A stretch of DNA of 56,122 bases, filler included, from Sphacelaria rigidula (Eukaryota): the NCBI GenBank assembly GCA_964200075.2. It is 6 parts of 6 records of this genome, joined end to end, with 100 filler letters (N's around TTAATTAATTAA, not from the genome) between each part and the next. Parts side by side here need not be neighbours in the genome. Positions count along the whole stretch, not along the records: positions 28,116 to 37,385 come from CAXNAA020008870.1; positions 37,486 to 46,754 come from CAXNAA020008871.1; positions 46,855 to 56,122 come from CAXNAA020008872.1; 3 more parts are not named here. The stretch is one strand, 5' to 3'. The notes beneath the pieces are model-generated. The model was not told where the DNA came from. It was given only the letters and a program-made list of their open reading frames with translations, and ran no database searches. Below are positions 34,264 through 47,572 of the stretch, piece after piece (positions within the stretch are counted from its first letter, which is position 1; the number at the start of each line of letters is the position of its first letter). The position numbers were made by a program, and so were the translations under genes.

Positions 34264-36678
34264 CTGTTTGACATGTTCGGGTTGAGCCGTGTTGGGTCCG
34301 TGGGCCCGAAAGGACCGTAGAAGGAGGGAGGAGACGAGAGGAGAGGCAGAGGGGCAAGAGGTCAAGAGGGCCGACGAACAAGAGTCCAGAGGAAGGCAGA
34401 CGGGAAAATAAAGGCGGACCGAGTCAATGACACGAAAGAAGTGCACGAAAGTGAGCGCGACGATGAGGCATGCACCAGACAACTCGTAACAACGTTTCCG
34501 TGAGATAAAGAGTAGAGCGTCGATCGAGAGTGACTTTGATCATTCACTTCAACCAGCCAATTTCTTATTCCGTGTGTGCTTTTCTTTGCCTCCATCACTG
34601 GCGTGTGCATGCAGCTACACGTCGATATCCTACTCGGGGGTATTAAGCGCCTCAGTGGCGAGCTACTACAAAAAGTATATCGGGCCTCGCGGAAGGGATT
34701 TTAACTCTCACTCTGACAAAAACATTGTTCCGTGAAGATGGCTAAGGCATTGCTACTGAGTATTCTCGGGTTGATTTCATTTGATTCATCGATTCATTGA
34801 GTCATTGAACAATTGATTGGGTGGTTGTCGCTGGAGAAAAGTGAAGGGAAAAAAAAGCAGAAAAGGTACAACAGACAGAGAAAAGTGAAGAAAAAAACGA
34901 AGAAGGTACAACAGACAGAGTAGACTAATGAAAAGAGTAAGACAGCTAAAAATGGCCGGCCTCTGCCACATGGCTTCGGTGAAAAGGGGCTTGCCCACGA
35001 TGATATCGACTGCGCGAAATAGAGATTGCTTCGGGGTGCCCGAGGTATCGACCATAAAAAAACAAGGGTAGGGTGTCTGGGGTATTCGGACTGCCGAAAG
35101 TGCTGAGCGTCTCGGGGTAATCGAGGACGTGTTGACTACCGAATCCACCGAGTGTCCCGCGGGTACTTACTTGCGGGTGTCGTCAATAACAGAAGTAGAT
35201 ACAGTATATTCGGCATTTACTCCCATAAGGCAGTTGTGAGTCGCGATATTATAACCTAGCACAAGTTTTGGTGATGTCTTTGTCCGAGGGGTTGTGCACT
35301 CTGCGAAAAGAAAAGGGGGTCTCTTGTCGAGTTGAAGCAGGGACACGCTTTTTTTTCGCAAAAAAAACATGTTCTAGACATCGACCTTTTCATGAGCGAA
35401 AAAGACTGGACCGATCACGTCGTAACTACGACGAGACTCCATGTTTCGTAAAATCAAGTAGAAGAACCAAAGGAGTACTCCCGGGTATCTGCCCCCAAAA
35501 TGGCCGTACCCGCAACCGATCTCTGCACCCCAACCACTCTTCGGAACGTGGCAGCCTCCGTGACTTTTCCGCACGAGCTCGTTTGCATATTTGCGCATGG
35601 AAGGAAAAAAACGGACGAATGTGAAACGGTACTCGTGTTGAATCAGGACAAGCCGCCCCCTGCCTGCCCCCTCCCCCCCTCCTCACCCCCGGAACTCCCG
35701 AAGATATCAACAAAAACGAGCCTTGTTCGATTGCAACAACGAAATAGTCTACGCGATTCGGGAAGAAAGGAAATAAAGACTGATGAAGGTTGGATGGGTC
35801 AGGCTGTACCCGTACCCGTTACGTACAACGAAGCAGAACAACGGACGGAGCGTGCAAAAACGAAGGATATTCCAAAGCTAATGCCGCGTGGTGGCACGGC
35901 GAAGAGCGTTAAAGTCGTTGAACCTCCCGAGCGCCCGAAGAGGGGCATTTCAATTCCGCCAAAAGTGAAGACAATCAACGCGCTCCATTCGTGGCTTTCT
36001 GTTTGGAGAATACAGTCCGACAGCCCCGCAAACACTTGGAGAATGGCGGTCATTTACATTAATGTCCCCCTTTTTATGGTCCTTGGGCGCTAAATCAAAC
36101 AGGGGGGGGGGAAAGTTGTTAGCTTGGATTATGGTCAGTGTCGCAGTTGATGTCCATATGCTTGAGCAGGCGGATGTGGGGTTTTGAGGCGTCTGTCAGC
36201 TGCCGAGACACCCACGGAGGCGCACCCGCAGGATATGGCTTGTGATTCTTACGTACATGTTGTACCACGTGCGGCGATTGTGCGGTCATCACTCATGGTC
36301 TCCACCCACCCAGTATCTTTGTAGGGCGCTATACTATGCTGCATCGATTTTGATCGTGGCGACGGCCTGGCTCGCCTTGACCCCCTGTTTTCTGTGTAGG
36401 CGTTGTGTCCTTTGTCAGAACAGCTATCCCGGATCCCCCCCCACCCTCGCCCCCCAACAGCCAGGCCAATTAAAGGCCACCTGCACAACTGGGCGCCACA
36501 GGGGTTCACGTATCTTCACAATCGCAGAGCGTACCGGGGATGCTGACATTTTTTCGAGAGTTGCTCATGTCCGTGAGATACAGTTAAGGTGGTGCAAATG
36601 GATTCATCGCACACGCCCGACGGAAAGCTCATGAGCGATCTCTTTTTTTAATTTTTTGATTCGTCGCGCTGTGAACCC

Positions 36679-36975
36679 CTCCCCTTCCTTGGGACGAGTC
36701 TGTGGTCTCAAGGACTCGTCCCAAGGAATCATGCCATCTCTCCCCGATACACGCCTTGCATTTTGGTCTCGCGGATTGGGTCATGACTATCAGTACTCCC
36801 GCACCGCGTCAACTCACATCAAACAAACTCAGTCAATTACTTTGTTTACTCACGTTCTCACGTTTTCCACTGTGGAAATCAGATACTACGAAGAAAAAAC
36901 CCAACGCATCGGGAATCGAACTCTCGTTCTCTCCACCCTGATAGCGACAGTCGGACCATCACACCACCGGGGCGC
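36679..36975 (-). mobile_element. tRNA-derived SINE
   Basis: Head cgccccggtggtgtgatgg...gagttcgattccc. Colinear with 19697-19971. Confidence 0.8.
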
Positions 36976-37041
36976 GGAACTGTAGGAAGAAAGTATGGAG
37001 AAGGATGCCAAACGAGCTAGCTCATGATATGGATGAGTACA

Positions 37042-37147
37042 CTAGTAACAAGTAATTTCCAGGTAGCCCGCGAGCTGTGCGACGTATGATCCATAGCCCG
37101 ACCGACCGACCACGACACTTTCTATGATAGCCTCCCTCGAAAAGTAC
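37042..37147 (-). CDS. Possible terminal exon of an unidentified gene
   Basis: Pyrimidine tract and ccAG, then YFSREAIIESVVVGRSGYGSYVAQLAGYLEITCY*. No recognised family. Confidence 0.3.
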
Positions 37148-37385
37148 CTGGTTTGGGGAGGCAAGATGTTCACGTTAATCGAAATGGAAAAAGACGAGCA
37201 CAACGAGCAGCTGGGAATTCCAACGCTTGAGTTAGTTCTCGCCAACGCCGCTCATATGAAGCGCTTCATGCAGCCTGAGCCCAAACATCAGGCGCTGTAT
37301 GGCCATTTTTTTCGGGACATTTTTGGGCTGGTTGAGGGGGGGGGGGGGGGGGGGGGGGTGTGTGGGTGTGGTCCCCGGGGAAGGG

Positions 37386-37485
37386 NNNNNNNNNNNNNNN
37401 NNNNNNNNNNNNNNNNNNNNNNNNNNNNNTTAATTAATTAANNNNNNNNNNNNNNNNNNNNNNNNNNNNNNNNNNNNNNNNNNNN
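37386..37485. other. Artificial contig spacer
   Basis: N44-TTAATTAATTAA-N44. Confidence 0.98.
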
Positions 37486-38958
37486 GTCTCCCACAGGTGA
37501 AGTGGAAAGCTCAGGAACAAAGTTCACTCCGCAGAGCTGACCTGAACTGGTCTTCCGACCGTTCTGCGCCCGGACGTCCCAAATCCCGGGCACGTGGTGA
37601 GGTGCGTCCCACCACCTGGCTTCTTCTCCCCACCCGCGGGCAGTGCCCCGTGCACTAATCGGGACATCGCTGCGTTTGCCTCAGCAAACTATCTCTTGAG
37701 TCCGCGTCGTCCCCGGTCGCAGTTGGGGGTATGACCGCGTCCCTTGGTACTGCCATCTTCGTCGAATGCTTGGACCACAAGCCGTCGGCAAATCAAATGG
37801 ACGCTCTAGAGTGTTCCTTGATACGTGATCCATAAACAGGGACAGCTGGGCACGACTGATGAAGTCGATCAAAGGACACGGCTGAGCCGATCATGTTGAT
37901 GTAGAAGAGTAGTATTACATAGCTTGGCTAAGCAAGTCAAGGAAGGAAAAGAAGGAAGATAATGAAGTGGCTGGGTTTGGCTACCCCAACACCATGACCA
38001 GCAAACATTGCGTACGTAGGTACAAGACACTATGCCTACTACGGTATCAAATCCCACCGCATGTAACGCTCAGAACCCGTGAAGACGAATACCTCCGTGC
38101 CGTGGCTGATCAGTACTGTAGACCACACTGAAAAAGCCTGTTCACCTCAACATACTCGCCGTTGAAAGGAGAATTTACCCTTTGTGTACAGTCGCTCAGA
38201 ACAAAGCAGCGCCTGGGGGCACACAACCCAAGTGCATGTTGTCACAACTTGCTTGCGGCAGGAAAAGTAGTATTCGCACAGATTGGCACCGATTTGTTTT
38301 TATTTGCCATCTTCGACCTCGAAAGACGCTATTGATCCTCAACCCAGAAGTGCCGATCGTGCAACGCTTACAATTCGGCAACGACGCGGGGGATTGGAGT
38401 GCGGTTTCTTGCGTGCGCTTCCCGCACACCCAAGCTATGTCGCCTAGTTTGGTTTATGGGTTTGCTCGTGATGCTGACTCGCAAAAGACATAAGTATACA
38501 AAAATAAGGTGTTTTCCGCTCTGGGAGGGGATTCTCGAGCCGCTGACGCGACGCCAGCAAAATATCAAACTGGGTCCCTTAGATCTTGTGTGTATGCGGG
38601 GGGCTGTCAAGTGCCGTGGACCAGCTTGCTTCCTGTGTCGAAAACCGCGCGATCTCCAGTGCTACAGCTTTCCCATACTACACCAACTTAATGAGTGATG
38701 AAGCGTGTGCGCAGTTCGTGAGGGCCTCGGCACAGGTCCCACCACCTACTGACGTGTTCATCATTCCTCCGCGTTATTATTATTTTTTTAATCTTTTGCC
38801 GATTTTTGGTCGTTAGGGCCCCCATTCCTATCTGTCGGGGTAGAAGTCGTCGCTCTATTCCCAAATATAGGCTCAACTATTTTTATGAAGGTCAGGCGTC
38901 TTGTTCGAACACAGTCCAAGAGAAATGCGGGCACTGATGTGCCAAGATGAGAAAATAC

Positions 38959-39165
38959 CAAGGGTATGTCAAGTAGAGGATACTCAATTGCGGGGTATTC
39001 TGAAATTCGTACTTGAAGTACACGAATTGAGGGTAGGGTTTCAGGAATTACTTCCCAGCTATTTTTTGGGTACGACTCTCAACACTTTACCCAAACTTGA
39101 GTACCCCAAGTTCATCTTTCGAAATACCCCGCAATTGAGTTTTTACTCTACTCGACCTACCCTTG
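38959..39165. mobile_element. hAT-type MITE with perfect 8-bp TSD
   Basis: TIRs caagggtatgtcaagtagag / ctctactcgacctacccttg. GAAAATAC at 38951-38958 and 39166-39173. Confidence 0.88.
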
Positions 39166-39216
39166 GAAAATACGCTTTTGATTCGTCTTCTGAGTATATT
39201 ACTGGTGCCGCCCTGA

Positions 39217-42200
39217 TGTTGTAGCACTATAATAACACAATAAAAAGCACTCACAACCAATCTTCAAACCAGAAACTAGGGACCGTAGAGAGAGTGGATC
39301 ACGGGGGTGAAAACAGAAAACCTTTCGGTCTTCACCTCTGTGTCTCTTCATCTCTTCAATTGTACTTGCCCACCTAACCTGTGATGTTAACTCTAAAATA
39401 ACCCACTCTTCCGTCGTCGAACACACCCAACAGCTAGTTTATGCTGTACGAAGTCCAAAACATAAAATCTCTGGTGAGCCTTAATATTTCTAATTGACAC
39501 TCAAACCAGCCGCCCCAAATCCTTGAGTATGACAAAACAGACTCCCAAGAAATGCAACATTCACTAATTTCCCCTGATTGCTTTACCCAGAACTCCACAA
39601 ATCGGTCCCCTTCCTCAAAGATGCTGCCTGTGTTCAACCTACACAATTATTCCAACAGTCAACTTCAAAGTAAAACAACGAAAAACACTCAAACTAAGGT
39701 AAGAAAATTAGTCAAGCCATTTCATCGTTCTCCTGGCGCAGCTTCATCTCCTTCTCGTCGTCGTGTACCGATGCCAAAACCACCCCCAATTGTCTAGAAT
39801 CTTGTGATGTCCGTCTTCAATTCCGACGATAGTCGATGGGCCCCTTCAGCATTCTGGCTGCAGTGTATGTGCAGAGAATTTTGAAGTCCCGCACTGCGCA
39901 TGAACATGCCAGCACCAATCCCCCACTTGATTTCTCGAGGCGTTCAAATTCTCCGGTGAGAGGTGAACATTGTACCTCTTTCCCAGATCCAGCATCCTCA
40001 AAGTGTGCGGGCGCCTTTGTAACGCCGCATCTTCTTGAAGACCCATCACCTGAGCTAGAAGCCATCCTGTCGTCTGCATTCGATAACATATTCAACAGCC
40101 GACAATTTGCGGGTCATACACATGAGGACCAAAAGTGACATTGCTCCTCAACTCATAGCCTTGAGCCACAAACATTTCTCCCCGTTTTCTAGCCTCCGCT
40201 CGCCTTGCCAAATTTATGCGATATGTTCGGTACTTCGAGTTGTTTGGCTTCTCCATTCTAGGATTCCCCATCCAGTACGTCAAAATTACCCGACCATATT
40301 GCTTTATGTCCTCCTCATGTTCCCACCTGGGCCTCTCCAAAATTCTTCCAATATAGTAGATATTGGACTGAAAGTTATCCTCCCAAGCCACGATATACAC
40401 GGTGACTCACAATCTTTGTGGGCTTCAGCCTATACGTGTCCAGCTGTATTGACATATCTTCCTCGGTTAGATGTAACGGAAGTGATAGTTCCGAATATTG
40501 ATTCAACACATACTGGCTTAAGCCCCAGGGTAGACTTCGGCGGCTCCGGTTGATCTTTTGGATTGATACACCGCTTACATCTCAACACAGGAACTCGGGG
40601 ACTCATGATTGCCTCCGGCTCAGTTTTCCGGAGTTCAAGCAACAGTAGTTTTCCTCCCACTAGCTCACCCTTTTCCGAAATACCTGGTTTCACCACCAAG
40701 ATTTCGTACGGTCCTCGCCAGGAATGCGACAGTTTCGACGGTAAGACTGTTTTTCCCCCCTCGCGTACCGCAGTTCCCCCTGACATGATAGTACCCTTAG
40801 TGCTAGTGCACAAAAACCCAATTGCCTACCTCCCACTTTGGCTTTCGATTTAGAGCTTCTTCCACCAACTCATTATCTGACTCGTGTTTGGATTTAATCA
40901 GAAAGTCATCTCGCCTCACAAGATCGTATGCTTTGGCTTGACGATCCTTCATCAACTGCAAATATTCGAGTTGGTCCGCCTTCAATCCTTGGTGTCCTAC
41001 CACACCCCTTCTTTCTAGGATGGTCATGGGTAACATTGAATATCTCCCTATATGCACCTCATTCGGCGCTAACCCTATTCCTCTACTTACATTCTTGTTA
41101 CAGTATGTGCAGAAATTGCGTGTAACAATAGCTTATCCCAGTCTTTCTGGTCATCTGCCACAAGGTACGACAACATCTGACAAAGCGTGTGGTTCAGTCG
41201 CTCCACCATCCCGCTAGCTTGTGGATGATACGCGCTCGTGTATCGTTTCACGGCTCCCAACATGTCATAGACTATTCTTGCCACTTTTGCTGTAAATCCC
41301 GTTCGTCGATCCGACAAAAACGTGTGAGGACATCCCCATTCCGGGATGTAGTCATGTGCTAAAATATTCGCACGACCTTCCGCTGTTTTCTCTTCTTCGG
41401 TAAGAGCATACGCTTCCGCATGTCAGCTCAACAGATCCACTATCAAAAGAATGTATGTATTCCCCTTCGTTGATTTTGGTAGCGGGCCCAACAAATCGAA
41501 CGAAACCATCTGCCCCGGTTGACTCGCCAGTGGTGAGGAAATAGGTGGCCATCTCACCGTATGTCTCGGATTTTTCCGAGCTTGACATGTATAACATCTT
41601 CTGATCCAGAATTTTACACTGTCCTTAATTCCAATCCACGAGTAATACCGTTTCAACAAAGATAACGTGACACCTTCCCCCAAATAAATCGCTTCTTTGT
41701 GAGTTTGGTCCATTACCCAAGGTCTCAAAAGCAGTGGCACATACGTTCTGGTTGGCTCTTTTCCCAAATACCTCTCAAATTGTCCCGACTTTCGGTCCAG
41801 TCGACTGGGCATTGGTGTCTGCTTTTTTACTAATAATAAACCTCCGTCCGATACTTCCAAGAGTGTTCCCTGTTTCAGTAATCTTTTGAACTCGGATAGG
41901 TCTATTCGTGTGGGAACCCCGTTTTCTTGATCCTTAGTCAACCCCGTCACCCGTTCTTTCAAATATTCTATGACTGTTCTCGACGTGAGATCTTCCTGCT
42001 GTATTCGAGCCCAATCGTTTGCCGATTCCTGACATAAACGTTCCCCAAAATGACAGGCTTCTTCTGCTTCCAGAGTCGGTGGTACCGTTGTTAATGGTCC
42101 CGCACTCCTGCTTCCTTCATTGGTCGTGGGTCCAATGACTAACACGGCTCTACGCTCTTGAGGTTATAGCAGTCTTCTCTCTACTTCCGTGGTCGGACAT

Positions 42201-44254
42201 GCATCCAGAGTCAATCCTTGTTCCCATTGTCCTCTGATCATGTCACTAATCTGTGGAGGAATTAATGGTGTGTCATCCTGTACCACGTACGAAGACTTAT
42301 CCACTTTCCACTTTCCACCCGTGCACCAATACTATCCTTCGCTCTTTGTAGCTCGATCCATGTTAGGTCAGCTTTTTTAGAGGTCGTGAGCGGTGCTGCA
42401 CTTACTGTTTTTTCCCCAATTTAGAAAACCGATCCAGGGTCTTGCCCATTCAAAAATGAATCGTGGGTACTCACTACCGATCCTACGTGTCCATCCCTGG
42501 CCGAGGTTTTAGAAATTCTCGGCCATATTCCACCAGCGCCAAACAACTAGGCATCCATGCCTCCCGGGTCCGTTATTCGGGCATCCCCAGACATGTCATT
42601 ATCATCCAGCGGCTGTGGTGAACGAGACAGCACATCCGCATTCGCGTTCACGCGTCCTGGCTTGTACTTAATTTCATAAGTGTACGCACTTGAAAAGTCG
42701 TGCCAGCGCTGAACCCTCGGAACCTTTTCTGCAAGGCTCAATAATTTCGCAAAGGTTGGTGATCAGTATAAATTTCAAACGGCACTCCGTAGAATAGTGG
42801 CCTGTTCTCTTTGATGGCCCACACAGTAGCCGCTGCATCTAATTCGGACACACTCCAATTTCTCTCGTTGGGGAGTGTTCCTCGACTAAGAAAAATAAGA
42901 GGTCGAACCGTGTTATCCTCTTGGCGTTGTTCCACCACCGCGATCAGACCATCCAGAGATGCATCCGTGGTGAGCATAATTGGTCGTTTTCCCAATGCTG
43001 CATCTTCGTAGTTCGAAAATGCTAAAACGTTCGTACCAGTCAAGGATGATGACATCTCCTTGGCTATCGATTCGTGTTCTTGAGTAAACTGAAACCAAAC
43101 CCCCTTCTTCAGCAATTGCGTTAGAGGTTTGAATCTCGCAGCCATTCGCGGAATAAATTTACGGTAGTAGCCCAAACCTCCCAACAATGATCTGAGCTGA
43201 GATACATCGGCTGGCATTGGCATCTTGACTAAAGCCTGTACCTTATCCTGACCAGGAGAAATTCCCTCAGCCGGGATGTGATGTCCCAGAAATTTGTTTT
43301 TTCATCCCAACATGTGCTTTTTTCGGTGCCAACTTGAGGTTGTACGTGGTCAGTCGTTGAAAAAGACCCTCCAAGTCATCTACATGTTGTTTGCCTAATC
43401 CGCTGAAGGTACACACATCATCAATATATAGACGATATCGTTCCAACCCATCAAATATTCTCGCCATGATAGCCTGAAACCAGCCTGGACTTCCACTGCA
43501 CCCCATCGGCATAACTAACCACTCATAGAGCCCACTCTGCGTAAAAATCGCCGTTAACGGGATTGAGTCTTGATGTACAGCCACATTGAAGTAACCGGAA
43601 GTGATGTCCAAACATGAAAATATTTTGGCACCCCCCAATTCATTGAAAAGTTCTTCAATAATTGGGATGGGCAACACCGATATTGTACTGTCATTCAGCT
43701 TCTTGTAGTTGCACGTGATTCGAATGGACCCATCCGCTTTGTTCACTACCACGAGCGGACTACTCCAGTTAGAATGTGATCTCCTCAAAATGCCTGCTGC
43801 GAGTATGCGGTCAATTTCAACTTGTACCTTCTTTTGAACCGCCGGGTTGTGACGATACGGGCGCTGTGTGACAGGCCTCGTCCCCGGTTTGAGTTCAATC
43901 TTAAACGGATCCACCGCGCAATACCCCAAATCCATCTTGTCCTTTGAAAATCGATGTTAATATTTGCACAAAAGTTCCCCCAAATTTTCAATGTCCTCAA
44001 CTGGCCAATGTGCGCCTTCCAACCCGAATTTTATTTTTCGCAAGTGTACGGGAAGCTTCACCCACATATCTTTGAATGCTCGTTGTTGTTCATTGGTCAA
44101 ACCGGCCAAAATCGGAAGTTCCTCTAAATTTTGGTCAACCGTGAATATCTCCTCGGGTTTCAGATTTTTTGTTTCAGAAATCGTAACCCTTTTGGAACCG
44201 TTGATGGAAAATTGACTATTTGCATTTGAGGTTTTTGTTACAGCGGATATCGAC
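39217..44254 (-). mobile_element. Decayed Ty3/gypsy retrotransposon: RT, RNase H, integrase, chromodomain, candidate 3' LTR
   Basis: RT 43267-43935 (SPLVVV.K.DG..R, LD...GY, MPMG, YIDD). RNase H 42738-43223 (TDAS, SELDA, TDHQPL). IN zinc finger (H...C..C), core (FDLLGPLP, SD, HPQ..G..ERLN) and GPY. Order RT-RH-IN. Many frameshifts and stops. TGTT...AACA segment at 39217-39423. Confidence 0.95.
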
Positions 44255-44926
44255 TGTATGTGCAGTAGGCGTTTTGCAGTACACATGGCAAGTGCAGTAG
44301 GTCTTATTCCATTCGTATGCTGGTGTCGTATTCCAATCGGGCGTCCTTGACCGGGGCCCACCGCCCTCAGAACTTCCATCACCCAGCAACTCTCGTTTAG
44401 CTACCTAGCTAAGACTGATTAATAACAGAGCTATCAGCCAGCACTTGGAGACATCTCACTTGCAAGCAAGTCAAGAGCACCTCTTCTGCACGTGAAAGTG
44501 AGTCCCTGCTTGGCCTTGAGATGCAGTGCTTATCGGACTCGATGGTCTGTTACTCACGAGCTCAAGGGTCATTCCTCTCGACTGCGGTTGTTCAATGTGG
44601 CCAGCCGCTGACCTCGTGTCACCCCGGGCCGGGCGTGTTCTTCGAGAGTGACGCCAGTATCACCTCGTGATCAGACCACGACATGGTGACCAATCGAGAA
44701 TGTAAGCAGTACTGCATAGTCGCACCGCTGTAGAGCTGCACTGTTTCGCGTTGTGTTTGCATACGCTGTACAGTAGTGCATCAATCGTGCTTTCTGTTCA
44801 GCGTGGGGTCTTCTGAGCAACGATCACGTGTTTAGGTGCCAGAATCTTACATGCCTGTTGGTTACTCGAAGAGACCAGCAGCTGGGCAGAACGGAGCTGG
44901 GACACCAGGCTGCAGCGTATGCTTGC

Positions 44927-45037
44927 CACCTTCCGTGCTAACACGATAGGACAGGTACGTCCTGTGATTCATCATTTCACTGTCACCTTCCGTGCTAACA
45001 CGGCAGCATAGGTACGTCCTGTGATTCATCATGTCAC
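44927..45037. repeat. 57-nt tandem duplication
   Basis: caccttccgtgctaacacg...aggtacgtcctgtgattcatcat occurs twice. Confidence 0.85.
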
Positions 45038-45780
45038 GTGCGCCTGCTTCCGTGTACGAGGACTGTTTTTTCACAATTTTAAAATTCAACATTCAAAAAG
45101 TCCAGATCGGCATCTTACATTACCGCACGTTCGATCAATGTGTCCCATACAGTACCCACAGCGGGCACGCTGTGTACGAAGTGCTCCGTAGGCAGGAGGT
45201 AAGTGCTGCTGATCCACTCCTGGAGAGGGAAGTGTCCCGAGACTGAAACCGGCGAACATGCGTGCGCAAAGTACACATGGGCGGCGGTTGTTGGGGCTGT
45301 GCACCTGGAGAGATTGCGAGACGGTAACCCACGTTCATCATTCAGTTGTGTACTGTGACAGAAAACAGTTCCTGTTAGATTTGGTGCCCGGGTACCCACC
45401 ATGTTGGCCAGGTACGTGTTAGCATGGTGTTTGCACCATATTAGCCAGGTACGTGATCGCATGGTGTTTGCACTGTACTGTGTGCTGTGGCAGCGTGTTT
45501 GCACTGTGCAACTTCGTACCTAACAGGACTGCTCGAGCAGTTGTGCGATCATTCTATGTGAGTCCGAATGAATTTCTGACCAACATACGGGGCTTCTATG
45601 CTGGAGTCATCCTGGCGGCGAAACATGTTCAACGCCCGGCAAATGACGAATGGCCCCTAGTATGATTGATTGATGTGCGGCATTGTGAAAAGTCATTGCG
45701 CGGGTCAAGTCGTATGGATTTGCTTCCGCTCCACGCCACAACATGTCGCCACTGCATTGTCATTGTGTCGCCACTACGTT

Positions 45781-45902
45781 GGATCATCACAACACTACAT
45801 GGGACCATCACTACACTACCTAGGACCATCACTACTCTACATGGGACCATCACTACACTACGTGGGACCATCACTACACTTCAGAGGACTTTACTACATG
45901 GG
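45781..45902. repeat. 21-nt minisatellite (gggaccatcactacactacat) x ~5
   Basis: Directly visible. Confidence 0.9.
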
Positions 45903-46754
45903 TTCCTTCACGCCGGGGAATCGGGGGCAACCAGTGCCGTTGATCGGCAGCAGTAGACACGCCGATTGTAAAAGTTATTGTGTGCGTGGCTCACGCCTTG
46001 ACCATTTTGTTTTGTTCACCCTGCTTCTACTGTAGCGTTGCGTTTGACTCTTTCCTTAACAATTGACCCATATTTTATTCTATTTTGTTTCATTCTATTA
46101 TTTTCTATTTTTATCTACTTTTACGTCTTTATTTATTTTTGAAGTTTCGGAATTGCATACGAACATCGGTAGAGCACGCACTAATACTATACCCCCCATC
46201 TGCCCCTGCCGCTTTTGCTGTTCGATTTTGCCCGCTCCTGTCGCCCTGAATGTGCATGCACAATGCCGCGAGTCATCCCATGGTCGTTGGTATCGCATCA
46301 TATCATCTTTATATCCTCTCCCGCTGGTACTATTTTTCTGTTGAATTTTTTCTCTGTCGCTATCAACTGTGTTATACTAGTGATCCCTTTCCCTCGTCGT
46401 CTGCATTTAGCAGTCATAGCCCACGGTGCACTATTATTGTCATTTCCTCCTTTCACCGGCTCAATCATTTTTTTTCTTCCCCTTTTTTCCCCCCTATCTA
46501 CCGTATGTTACCCCTTGATTTCCCGCCGTTTGTCTCCCCTCTTTCTACAATTTCAGTTATATTCTCTACTCCCCGTAGCAATTTTGCTCTACAGCCATCT
46601 TTGCCGTGTGTTTTTGCTACCTTCATGTTGCAAGCGTACAGCGCTGCCCATCCATGGTGTTTTTTTTTTGCAAATGTTTCGCTAGAGCCATTGCCTGACG
46701 CACGAAAGTACACCCCAGGTACATTTGTCTTGAGAAACCTGCGATGGCAAACTC

Positions 46755-46854
46755 NNNNNNNNNNNNNNNNNNNNNNNNNNNNNNNNNNNNNNNNNNNNTT
46801 AATTAATTAANNNNNNNNNNNNNNNNNNNNNNNNNNNNNNNNNNNNNNNNNNNN
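46755..46854. other. Artificial contig spacer
   Basis: N44-TTAATTAATTAA-N44. Confidence 0.98.
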
Positions 46855-47106
46855 TTATTTTTGTCAATTATAGGAAGCGGCCTAAGCGGCTGATTTTTTT
46901 CAAGTGTGATATGGTTTCAACATATACAGTACCCATGTTGAACGCTCCTCCGACGAATGTTTCGACCGCGAGGGTGGGTCATTTTTTTTTTCTGAGTCGA
47001 CATGATTCTTCACTTGAAAAAAATGACGAAAGACTGTGACGAACCAGCCTGGCGATGAAAGGGTTAGCTTGAGATCCGCAAGCGGAACATTTTGGTCGTG
47101 ATTAAA

Positions 47107-47486
47107 CACACGCGGCCATCCGGCTACCCCCCAAAATACTCTTTTCCGATCAACTTTTCGAGCCTCCAGAGGAATCAAACGTCTCCAGAGGGTGCGCGGC
47201 CCTCTAGAGGGGTGGGATCAAACGCCTCCAGGGGCTTGTTTTACCTCTGGACGGCCGCGCATCCCTCGGGAGGAATTTGGAGGACGCGCGGCCCTCTAGA
47301 GCACGATCTTTTTTGTTCCTCTCGAGGGATTCAGATCTTAAAAGTCACTGGAGCATCAGATGCCCTCCAGAGGATTCGTGTATGATGCACCTGGGGATGA
47401 AATACCCTGGAGAGGGTATTTTACTCTCGAGAGGATGAAAATTGTGATGGAGGAGTTTTATGGGGGTAGCCAAATGGCCGCGTGTG
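47107..47486. mobile_element. CACACGCGG-ended MITE with internal (c)tccagaggg repeats
   Basis: TIRs cacacgcggccatccggctacccc / ggggtagccaaatggccgcgtgtg; AA on both flanks. Confidence 0.8.
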
Positions 47487-47572
47487 AAGTGAAGTAGAAC
47501 AGAAAAGTCAGCAGTTTTGATTGTGATTAGGTTGGGTCTACATGGAAGAAAAAAATGATGACACGCGATCGA

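Noticed and set aside
40092-40094. In-frame TGA in gypsy pol as programmed readthrough or selenocysteine
   Set aside because: The element has many other stops and frameshifts, so neutral decay is the simpler explanation.
45781-45902. CRISPR-like array (also 3323-3403 and 8196-8259)
   Set aside because: Units are directly tandem with no unique spacers, there are no cas genes, and the context is eukaryotic.
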